A stretch of DNA of 63,752 nt, counting the filler, from Collodictyon triciliatum (lineage: Eukaryota): assembly GCA_043381765.1 (NCBI GenBank). It is 4 parts of 4 records of this genome, joined end to end, with 100 filler letters (N's around TTAATTAATTAA, not from the genome) between each part and the next. Parts side by side here need not be neighbours in the genome. Positions count along the whole stretch, not along the records: positions 1 to 17,838 come from JBHJMP010001419.1; positions 17,939 to 35,594 come from JBHJMP010001420.1; positions 35,695 to 61,631 come from JBHJMP010001423.1; 1 more part is not named here. One strand, 5' to 3'. Numbering within the stretch: the stretch's first letter is position 1; each line of letters begins with the position of its first letter. Positions 11,356-38,716 of the stretch are shown here, in pieces. Made by a program: the position numbers and the translations under genes. A model generated the notes under the pieces. That model saw nothing but the letters and a program-made list of their open reading frames with translations, did no database searches and was not told the DNA's origin.

Positions 11356-14338
11356 CTAAAGCGACAGCTGCTTCCATATGAACTCAGGGTGAGTTTCACA
11401 CGATCGCGGCTTGGAGCTTCGGATCAAATCGAAGACTGAAGGATATGACACACTGTTGTAAAGAATAAGTTTGTTAAAGACAGTTGCTGAGAGATTTCAA
11501 CAAGGAATGTCTAGAGGTTGAACTTCTGGTTTGTTTTGTAATAATAGCAATAGCAATAGTAAAAATCATCATAATCATAATCATAATCATAATCGCAATC
11601 GTAATCGTAATCGTAATAATCGCAATCGTAATCGTAATAATCGAATACCCAGATTCAAGGAGCGATGGGTTTATAAAGGAAAAGGATATGCGACCAGATG
11701 CTTCCTTTCCTGCCTTCGGCTTACTCTCTGAGTGACGCGTTATCTTGATAACTTCATGACAGACAATCGTATTCTTATCACTTTCTCTGTAAGAGAGAAC
11801 CAGATGTCCTGGGTAATTCATATCCTCACTAAATCGTAGCACAAAAGACCCCATAGGAAATGACACCAAAATGCTCTCTGCTTCCTCGGTAAGTAAGAAT
11901 CCTTGGAGTCTAAGAATGATGAAATCATATATTTATTCTTCATATGCGTAAAGACCAGGTAAAAAATAAAAAAAAACTTTTGTTTTTATTTTGTTCATTA
12001 AGACACAACAGAACTTTTTGCACACGATAAAAGGAAGAGTAATACATTTAATCGATAAAAAAAAAAATACCTATTGCTTCTCCACATATCGAAGATGATA
12101 GGTTCTCTTATGATGACAAATAGTTTACCAAACCATGCGCTGAGTCTACTTAGTAAGCTGAATTGCTTAGAAGTGACAATTTGTGATAATGTGACTGAGT
12201 CTGTTGCAGTTCATTAAGAGCCAAAATTAGTTTAATGTTTACAAGATAGAAAAATGTCACAGTCACTGAATATCCAATCTATATTTGCTATAGTTGAAAT
12301 GCTCAAACAAGTACCTGTCCCTAGTATCTGGGATGATAAACGTGAAATAAATGGAATGTCTCTCGGGGTAATAATGCTATCAGTCACACCAGACTTTGAC
12401 CCAAGTACCATGTTCACAAGAGCAAAATTTATCAACGAACACTACATGTGGTGAGTAGTCACTTAATTGCATCATTTTTTTTTCATTTAAAATTTTTTAA
12501 CTTGAAATTAATTATTTTTCTCCATAAAGTGTATCTTTCTAAGAAAAAAATGCATGGTAACCTCATCTACGTAACCATAAACAACAGAACCTATCCCGAA
12601 GAGTCCTTGAACAGCATCGTCTATGTGGGTGACTACAACGAATGCTGGGGTGTTCAGAAATGACCATCCCGTCTCATTGGTGTTTTGATCCTTTATGTGT
12701 TACCAATTTTACTTTTTGGCTGTCCATCTCATAATATAGTTGAACATAGATGTAACGAGCATGTTTCCCAATATATATGCATTATGGTAGTCATCCTTGA
12801 TTTGAACATCATGCCTACTTTTGAGAATAAACGTATCTGTGTTTTAAACGAGATTGATATTTGCTTACAATGACATTTAGAGCCAGGACACATCTGATTG
12901 GTTGGCTAATACCAAACATCTTCCGAGGAGGCAGAAGACGGTCTTTTACAACACGGACAATCTTTGTATCAGATTCAGACGACTTTGAACGTGGAACATC
13001 TATCAATATCGTTTACGAATGTATCAAAGTGCAATACAAATTATCTTTTGAATATAAGCATTTAACAGCCTATTTGTAACACCAATTATATGCCGAGGAT
13101 CAAAAAAAATGCTTAAATCTTTTGAATATATGCGGCGCAATGTTTAAGTATTCACAATAAATGGAATAAAAAAAAAGGAGTGGTTTCGTGGGTTATTATA
13201 AAGATAGTGTAGGCCATCGATTTAACATGGCAAGCATAGTTAGCATGTCGGTATACCCATTTCATAGACAAAATATCTGTCGAACATTCTGGCCTCAATT
13301 AAACTTTTCAATTGAATTGCCGGATTTCCTTCGATGTATTCGATTGTGATGCACTAAATAGATTGCAAATAAGAGGGAAGATAGTGTAAAGTTGGAATGT
13401 AATACCACTCCTTTTGCAGGTAACATTACTATTGCAAATGTTTTGTGAGTTATGTAAAGGATTCGCAATCGTCACGATTTTTGTTGGGACGGAGTGATAA
13501 ACAGAAGGATATGGTAAATTTTACAGTCTCTGGACCATATCACTAACATATGCTGATATTATCTGAAGGGAATGCGGCAATGGACAGCGAAACGAAAGGT
13601 GATTTGATTTAAGATGAATCGGGCATTTCAATTCCAAATCAGCAGCAATTCCTGCGCTGTCATTCAACTCAAAATTAACTTCACATATATAGAGGAACTA
13701 TGGTAGAATATTATTTATATAAAATATTTTGTGGGACAAAATGAGAAAAATTAAAATAAAAAATCACTTACATTTGTGATGCTCGAAACGGAACAACCCA
13801 TGGCTGCAAATAGATGTAGGAAATTGAGTATATTTTACAAGGATTTGTCAGGTTACATAATCGCAGAAGTAACCATAGTAAGAGTGAATATAACAGCTAT
13901 GAAGTCAGGTATCCACAATGTTATAAAGGAATATTCGACTCATGTCTGTAGTTTGTGTGGAGATATCTACCCTCAGAAAACTCTACATATCACAAGCAGA
14001 CTAACCTGAGAATGAAATCCTTTTAGATGGGCCGAAGTAGGCGGTGTAGAAGAAGACGAGGATGAGGATGCACAGGCTGCCGCTGGGATGTGTGACTGAA
14101 AGTGTGGCTGGTGGATGGACATGCCTGGTGAATGCACCCAAGACATTGTAGCCAAGGAAAGTGATGGAAATGGTTGTTGTGGTTGTGGTTGTGGTTGCGG
14201 TTGTGGTTGTGGTTGTGGTTGTGGTTGAGAAGCAGCTGTCGAGCGGATACGCTTGGATAGCGGCTGTGGAAGCTGCTGCCCCATGTAAACCACGTGTGGA
14301 TCCTCAAGTCCGAGCCACGGCAGGCTGTTTTGTGACAT
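11356..14338 (-). CDS. STAT-like protein (Q/P-rich N-terminus, DNA-binding/linker region, SH2 domain); 5' end uncertain
   Basis: Spliced exons give PAFVVVTH, WFGKLFVIIREPIIFDMWRSNRLQGFLLTEEAESILVSFPMGSFVLRFSE..PGHLVLSY and a final exon VSYPSVFDLI...QLSL*. The linker-SH2 junction is typical of STATs. Confidence 0.75.
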
Positions 14339-14399
14339 GTTCGTATTGCTGGTGGGGTGACCTTGCGTTCCTTCCTTTTTGTGGTGTATAAATTATGCC

Positions 14400-14600
14400 T
14401 GTGTTTCGCCTGTGTTTTCGCCAGTGTTTTTGCCTGTATTTTTGGTGTAATTTTGGTGTATTTCTTTAGTTTCTTTTTGGTGTATTTTTGGTGTATTTCT
14501 GGTGTATTTCTTTAGTTTCTTTAGTTTCTTTAGTTTCTTTAGTTTCTTAAGTTTCTTAAGTTTCTTTAGTTTCTTTAGTTTCTTTAGTTTCTTTAGTTGT
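14400..14600. repeat. Degenerate minisatellites (TTTCTTTAG)n and (TGGTGTATTTT)n
   Basis: Direct reading. Confidence 0.85.
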
Positions 14601-15828
14601 TAGTTGGTTGGTCGGTTGTGTTTCTCTCCGCATACGGTTGCCACTGGACAAGAGTCCAAATATAAACCTAAGTGGGTAAACACCATATTGGACTAATTAA
14701 TTGAAAGAATTAAAAAAAAAAAGGAGCACACAGAAATACGGAGCAGACGGTCGCGTGCCGCTGAGCGTGCTCCTATGTTGCTGATTCCCTTCGCCGTCAA
14801 GGTTATGAGCCGGTTTTTTTTCTTTTACTTGCTCTCTTTTCCTCATGGAATCAAATGATTGTTTTCTTTGTTTTCTTCCAATCAATTATGATTTTTAGCT
14901 TCCTTCACTTAGTTTATCACAACAATAATAATAAAAATAAAAAGAAACTTCCTTCACTTAGCGAAGGCGTGGTTTTGCGTGGTGGCATTAGCGTGAGTCG
15001 CGGTGGGCCCACGGCAGCAGCCTCGCCAAGGGGAAGTAATACGATTCAAGAATGATTCCAAAAAAAAAAATACCCACCACACAGAGAATATCGAATTTGA
15101 AAGAAAACCAAAAATATAATTAGAAAAGACAGAATTACGAAACAAAGGGAATTTAAGATTGACACAATGAATCCACAGAAAATATCATTTCGCTGTCCTC
15201 CATCCCTTGCAAGAAACTTGGTGAATCGATGCGGTTGGGGCGGTAGAGCCGAATATGGACGGCATCTGTCGAGATGTTGTTGTATGTTAGATCAAATCTG
15301 GAACATGTACATATATGGATATATCATTACTTATATGGATCTAAATTTACTTTTATGGGTTTGCTAGATTATACAGATATGTAGTATTCCAGAGTTAAAA
15401 TAATGTCAACTATCCATATTAGTCAGACTTTTCCAATTCCGATTCTTACGATTGAATATTCAAAGAATGAATCGGTTTTCAGAAAGATTCAAGCGGCCAA
15501 GACTATTCCTTTACAGGCTACTCACTTTACCCAATAAGTATTGTCTTGCCTGCTACATCACATACATTCACTCATAGAGCTTATATATCATTCTATCCGT
15601 AAAATTTTATAGAACTGGTAAATAAACGGTTTATTGTAATTAATTTAACGAAAAAGTATATTTTCCAGAAATGCACCTATTACACCGCAGCTGATACCGC
15701 ACCAGGGGTCACAAAATAAGCAGCGCTAGCCTAATCGTATCTTCACCTTTTGGTTCATTTATTTCGGCTTATCGGTCTCCTGGTACATTCGGTTGTGAAG
15801 GGGGCGGCACTATGGAGCGTGGGGTCTA

Positions 15829-16921
15829 CTACTGGGGAGTGGGAATCTTGGGCATGTATTTTGCGCGAAGGGCATCGAAACCCTGGCTGATGACTGGGTC
15901 GGCCATGTGGGCGCGAACTGCAGCGGTGAACTGCATGACTCCTGCAACATATTGGTTTTCGTTACTTGTGCTGCTTTACACAACTTGAACCTGGTTGAGC
16001 TGGATAGGTCAAAGTTTACACGGGAGGGAGAAGGTAACTCAGAAAATGGCGCCAAGTCTGCGGAAGAAAGGTTGTTGGTACAGCAGGGTGCAAGTTTCAT
16101 GAAAGAAGGATGTGAGGGATACCGTTTTGATTTGCCTCGAAGCCGAAGCTAGCGATAACGCCTTGTTGAATGGCCATGGCAACGGGAAGGACGAGTTGCA
16201 TGTTCTTCACGAGGTCATCTCCGGCTGTTGGGGATCGAGAGTTAAAAAGTGGAGGGCTTCGGGTGGAAACGAAGATAGAAATGATATTGCGTGGACGATC
16301 GCACTTCAAAGGCGTTCAGAGCCTTGGCGATTTCCGCGCGTGGGAAAGGGAGGGTGTGAGAGCAAGTTTCACTTGGTAGGGTTGACAAGAATGCAGCGGT
16401 TTTTTTTTTTTTTTTAAAAAAAAAAAGGATATTATTCTTCCTTCCCGACCAGCTTCTGACAGCAGAAAATCTGTAGTCAGACAAGGCTGTTTGGAGACTG
16501 ATCAGGGAGATGAAGGGAAGGAGTAGAAGGCGAGATTAGAGCAGGAATGGAAAGGATCTCGACAGAGATTATTAACAAACCCTCTGCCTTGGCAGCAGCC
16601 ATCTTCTGGGCATTTTCAGGCTCGTCAAAAGCCCTCTGGACGGCAAGGATGGCAGCTAGGATGGTATGAAAACTCAGTTTAGCTGATGAGCACGTAGCCG
16701 AGTCTGCTGCGTAGATGATCGAGTGCGGAAGGCGCAGGGACAACACGACGGAAAGCATCAAAGGTGCAGAAAGTGAAGCCAGGTTTATGGGAGCGGGCAA
16801 GCTCTCAAAATACCGACAGCTTTCTCGATCGAGCTCTGCCACAGAGAAAGAGAAAGGAAAAGGACAAGAGCTTACCCTGTGCCTCTTCAAGCGTCAGTTG
16901 TCGGATGGTTGGGGCCTCCAT
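15829..16921 (-). CDS. C12orf57: Protein C10 (C12orf57/Grcc10) homolog, 4 exons
   Basis: Three phase-1 GT-AG introns join to MEAPTIRQLTLEEAQAAILAVQRAFDEPENAQKMAAAKAEAGDDLVKNMQLVLPVAMAIQQGVIASFGFEANQNGVMQFTAAVRAHMADPVISQGFDALRAKYMPKIPTPQ*, matching C10 motifs (AF..PENA..M, VLPVA..IQQ.VI..GF). Not visible as a single ORF in the track. Confidence 0.85.
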
Positions 16922-17400
16922 TTGGTCGTGCGGGAATAAAGTCAAAGGGTGAAAGGTTGTCTGTCGAGTGTCTGCATATAAATAGATGAATAATTAAGTA
17001 CGCAAGTTAATAGAGTAAAATACACAAAACCCGTGAGTAGGTCTCTGCCGGATTGTGGCACAGAAAAACCGCAGCACCTGGCTCGCTCCATTACTTGTTT
17101 TCGGCGGTCAGTCGACCCAAAGAGATCTCCAACTTAATCTTGCTTTCCCTTTTCTTTTCTTCTTTTTCCTTTTCTCTCTCTCTCCTTCGAGTCAGGTTTT
17201 GGTTCAGAGGCTCACTAATACTGGTTTCAGCTATCGACGGGCAAGAGCAAGCTGTGCACTGAGATGCTGGGCGCCCAAAAAATACTGAACCACCGACAAA
17301 ACCGAAGCTTCGAGAGGATTCTGGAAGCTTCAAGAAACGAACAAGGCAAGGGTACAACACGCCCGGAATCTGCAACCTGAAGCCCCGAGCGGGCATTGCA

Positions 17401-17535
17401 TTTTTTCTTTCACTTTCGATTCAAAGTTCATGAGGATAGAGCAGTGCAAAGAAGGAGCAAGGTGCGTATGGCGATAGCAGTAGCGAGTGGAAGAGGCGAC
17501 TGGGAGGATGGTAGCTCTGCGAAGAAATCAGTGTC
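17401..17535 (-). mobile_element. 5'-truncated LINE 3'-end / SINE-like copy (inverted pair, left arm)
   Basis: Minus strand reads CACTGATTTCTT...GCCATACGCACC...TATCCTCATGAACTTTGAATCGAAAGTGAAAGAAAAAA, homologous to 10895-10952 and to the right arm. Confidence 0.65.
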
Positions 17536-17544
17536 AAGAAATCA

Positions 17545-17713
17545 CCCGGTTGGGTCGCCCACCTGACCAACTAGCTATCACTGATTTCTTTCCAGTTTTA
17601 GCATCTCTACCACGGTGTCTCCTGCTCGCGTTTGCTGTCTGCCATACACACCCATCTCGCCCCTGGTATGCATATCCCTGCTGCACTTTGAATCGAATGA
17701 ATGAAAGACAAAA
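17545..17713 (+). mobile_element. 5'-truncated LINE 3'-end / SINE-like copy (inverted pair, right arm)
   Basis: GTTGGGTCGCCCACCTGACCA resembles GTTGGGCCACCCATCTGGCCA at 10866. Continues CACTGATTTCTTT...GCCATACACACC...TGCACTTTGAATCGAATGAATGAAAGACAAAA. Confidence 0.65.
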
Positions 17714-17838
17714 CGTCGACGGACACAGCACCCTGGGATGTTGAAGTAAGCCCTGAGCTTGTTTTGTATGTCTTCTATCGACTTGGAGTCATTGTATGCC
17801 CTCCAGTCTATATACCTCGCCTGCCATTCACAGCCACC

Positions 17839-17938
17839 NNNNNNNNNNNNNNNNNNNNNNNNNNNNNNNNNNNNNNNNNNNNTTAATTAATTAANNNNNN
17901 NNNNNNNNNNNNNNNNNNNNNNNNNNNNNNNNNNNNNN
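17839..17938. other. Assembly gap with TTAATTAATTAA linker (also at about 35595-35694 and 61632-61731)
   Basis: Identical 12-mer centred in N runs, giving stops in all six frames; an artificial contig spacer. Confidence 0.9.
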
Positions 17939-18128
17939 AAAAAACCCCAAAAAAAAAACCCAATAAAAAAAACCCAATAAAAAACCCCCAATAAAAAACC
18001 CCCAATAAAAAAAACCCAATAAAACAGCAGAGAAACACAAAACACAAAAAACATTTTTCATCAACAAAAAACAACGAAATGGTCTTTGTGAAGTAAAGGA
18101 TAGAAAAAGTCGATAGCTTCTACGACAA

Positions 18129-29226
<11,098 letters not shown>

Positions 29227-29439
29227 TGGCCAGGTTTGTCCACTTTGGGAGGCGGGGTTTAATGCAGGTGGCCATACCAGTGTGCGGACTCGATTGGCCA
29301 GAGTGTATGGTTCAGACAGTCTCGTGGCGGAAGCGGCCTGCGAAGCGTCTCCGGGACAGCAGACTGTAATAAAAGGGAGCAAAGCAAGAGGGAATTTGTG
29401 AGGGGCGACGAGGAGGGCGGGAGGGCAGTGAGAAACGAC

Positions 29440-35442
<6,003 letters not shown>

Positions 35443-35553
35443 CTAAAATTGTAAAAAAATAAAAAAAAGAATAAATAAAATGGATGATAAAAGAAAGAAA
35501 AATAGACGAGTAAAAGAAAGAAAAATAGACGAGTAAAAGAAAGAAAGAAAGAG

Positions 35554-35592
<39 letters not shown>

Positions 35593-35883
35593 AANNNNNN
35601 NNNNNNNNNNNNNNNNNNNNNNNNNNNNNNNNNNNNNNTTAATTAATTAANNNNNNNNNNNNNNNNNNNNNNNNNNNNNNNNNNNNNNNNNNNNCCATAA
35701 AAACCATAAAAACCATAAAAACCATAAAAACCATAAAAACCCAAAAACTTCAATAAAAATTTATGAGGTAGTTCTCTTCAAGTTTTTCTTTACTCACCCA
35801 AATGCTTCACTCTTTTTTTTTTTTTTTTTTTTTATTCATGTGCATCTGTTTTTATTTTATTTTTATTTGTAACATAATCACAG

Positions 35884-36510
35884 CGAAGCACATGCATCAA
35901 CCGGATGTGAAGAGGACGACCCAGAGGAAAAGTGCAATACCGGACGCAGGATGACATTCGGATCCTTCTCGGGGAATCGCAAAGACATCGACGAATTAAT
36001 CAGCAGCGGTGGATTTTCCGGGGCCGCTGAGCAGACCCGCTCAAGATCAAACACAACTGGCTCTGCGAGTCGCCACGGAAGTATCCATTTCGCATCCAAT
36101 GCCATTCCAATACCAGAAGATATGGTCGCAGAGGGAGGCCGGAAGCGCATAGAGAGTGACTTTCGAGTGAGTGATTTCTGATGGATTAGCCATCTGTGCT
36201 CAGCCAATTGCTCATTTGGTGATAATGAACAAAAAAAATCCTTTATTCAATGTGGTAACGCGCCAGATTATAATTACTTTGGATCATGCCGCAGTTTCTT
36301 CATTTTTATTCTAATTAAAAGTAAAAGAGAAAGCTTAACCCACTCGCATGTTATGTCATCGCTAGGGCCCTAAAACAAGTGAATATGGCATCTACTCACA
36401 CTATGGAATGAATGAGCGCAAAGAAAACCAGGTTATACAAAGTTGCATCACATTTTCCTTCGCTTCCGCAAAGCTATTTTTATCAGAATCGTAAGGGGGT
36501 ACTTTCCACC

Positions 36511-36605
<95 letters not shown>

Positions 36606-37144
36606 TGCGCACAATATAATTTTATTTCATCTACAACCGATTACATCACGCAGGATACGTTTTTTTACATTGAAAATTTTGGGGGCCGAGAAGACGCAAC
36701 ATTGTTTGGGGTTATGGATGGACACGGCAGAGGAGGGGCAGAGATTGCAAACATCACAAAAGATATATTTTATAGAGCAATGCTGTCTCACTTCATGAGA
36801 AAAGACAGTAGGGAGAGCGAAATACACACAGCATTTATGGAAACCCAAAAAACACTCCAAGACATGCACGAATGTGAACTCCGTGGGACCACAGCAACGA
36901 TATGTCTTGTCAGTGGATTTTACATATACATCGCGAATGTTGGAGATTCACGGGCCATCCTAGGACGCGAGTGCAATGTCTGCTTCCATTCAAACGGGGC
37001 AAATGGAACGCATGTCTGCTCATACAGCGCCACAGTCGATCATAAGGTTATTCATAGCTATATATATTTACCTTTTGGGCTCAATTACAATTCTTCATTA
37101 CATTAATAAGCCACAGATCCCAATTTTCAAGTAGAGACTGTTCT

Positions 37145-37175
<31 letters not shown>

Positions 37176-38228
37176 CATTATCATTATCATTATCATTATC
37201 ATTATGATTGGCTGTATCATGGAGCCATTTTTTTCTATTCCTTTTATTTGTGTGCATGGGTTTGTATAATAAGTTTCGTTCATCTATCTGTGACCATAAA
37301 ATCCATTTCGCCATACACACAAACCCGCCGGGCATGGACTTCACAATTAGTTGGAGAACCAAAAAGAACGAGAAAGAATAAAGCGAATGGGAGGTTGCAT
37401 TCGAAAAAGCACGAAATCCCATCACGATTGTGAGCGAGTATGGAAGGGTTTCGAGAACTACCCAGGCATAGTTGTGACTCGAACTCTAGGCGATCTTGTG
37501 GCCCATACCCTCGGCATATCGGCTGTTCCTGATATCCGGCGGAAGCTTCTGGACAAGAGAGACAAGGTGTGACCAAATATCGAGCCGATATGACTCGGCC
37601 TGACTGTATCACCATGATTAAATGAGGCGATTGTATCATGTTTATGAACGAAAGATGTGCCTCATTCATGACTTGCATTATATAGGTCGTAATTATCGCA
37701 AGCGACGGAGTATGGGATGTCGTTGATAATCAGACTGCGATGAATCTCGTTGTTCGGTGCCCAACTCCCGATGCAGCCACGGAAGCGCTCGTTGACGTAT
37801 AATGAATTCAAGTTGCAAAGTCAACATCCATCACGATTCGTTGCTGAATGTTATTATGTCTCTTTCATTCACAAACATAAAAAAAAATTATTATAGAAAT
37901 GCTTATCAAATTGGCGCCAAAGATACGCTGATGGTGATAATATCACCGCGGTAGTTGTCTTCCTGGGAAAACTTAAAAGGTTTTTTCTTTGGACTTCTTC
38001 ATACTTTCTTATTCTCGATGTGTGTCTCTTGTGTTACCCCACCCCCATCCATCATCTTTTTTTCTCCGTCATTCAACCGTATCGTCTTACCTGAAAGAGC
38101 TAAATACCGTGTGTGCATATTTTTGTAGATACGACCAAGAAAAGGAGTGTCGCGCTGATGTGGCTCCTACATGGGAAGAGCTACCACAAACAAACCAGTC
38201 AAAATCTGCCATGTGCAGTATTTTGTAA
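35884..38228 (+). CDS. PP2C/PPM Ser/Thr phosphatase with C-terminal CaaX (CSIL); 5' end probably in the gap
   Basis: ENQD, FGVMDGHG, GTTA, IANVGDSRA, DHK, VTRTLGD, IIASDGVWDV and GDNITAVVV motifs across 7 GT-AG exons. Confidence 0.9.
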
Positions 38229-38502
38229 AAGAGTAGTATGGGGAGACATAAACCTATGCACTATGGTGAGCGAAAATCGCTCGATGAAGGGGAAAGAGAA
38301 CTTCCATATCAGATAAAGCTCTTGTATCTCGGCTTAAATTTATATTTTGTTATTGGGCAAGTTTATCTATCTAAATGGTAAAATACTATCACAGAGATTG
38401 AAACTCTATTACTTCGGATATGTGTGCTTATCTTCCGAATATATTCTTTTGTTATTTATAATGGAAGCCCATTTATTATGTAGTGTGTTATATACTCTTG
38501 CT

Positions 38503-38619
38503 TTATTTTCGAATTGGGTGCACAATCGACTTTACAGACAACTCACGAGCCTTGGCAACCTAGGATTAGTGTGATTTCGGAGTTTAGTGTAAATAAATCC
38601 TTGCTTCTCAAATCGATTC

Positions 38620-38716
<97 letters not shown>

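Noticed and set aside
11439-11446. ATATCCTT U12-like donor on the minus strand (also 47505-47512 on plus)
   Set aside because: The first lies in coding sequence (SYPS) and the second abuts an acceptor; neither has a matching branch site and AC
12040-12070. TTTAATCGAT(A)n, a possible degenerate micro-element (also 50083-50105 and 51212-51224)
   Set aside because: Only a partial motif match and no convincing TSD
15800-16950. Initially looked like a decayed retroelement ORF1
   Set aside because: Resolves cleanly into the spliced C12orf57 gene
17883-17894. TTAATTAATTAA palindromic repeat occurring three times
   Set aside because: Always centred in N runs; an assembly linker, not biological. 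Adjacency across these gaps is unverified.
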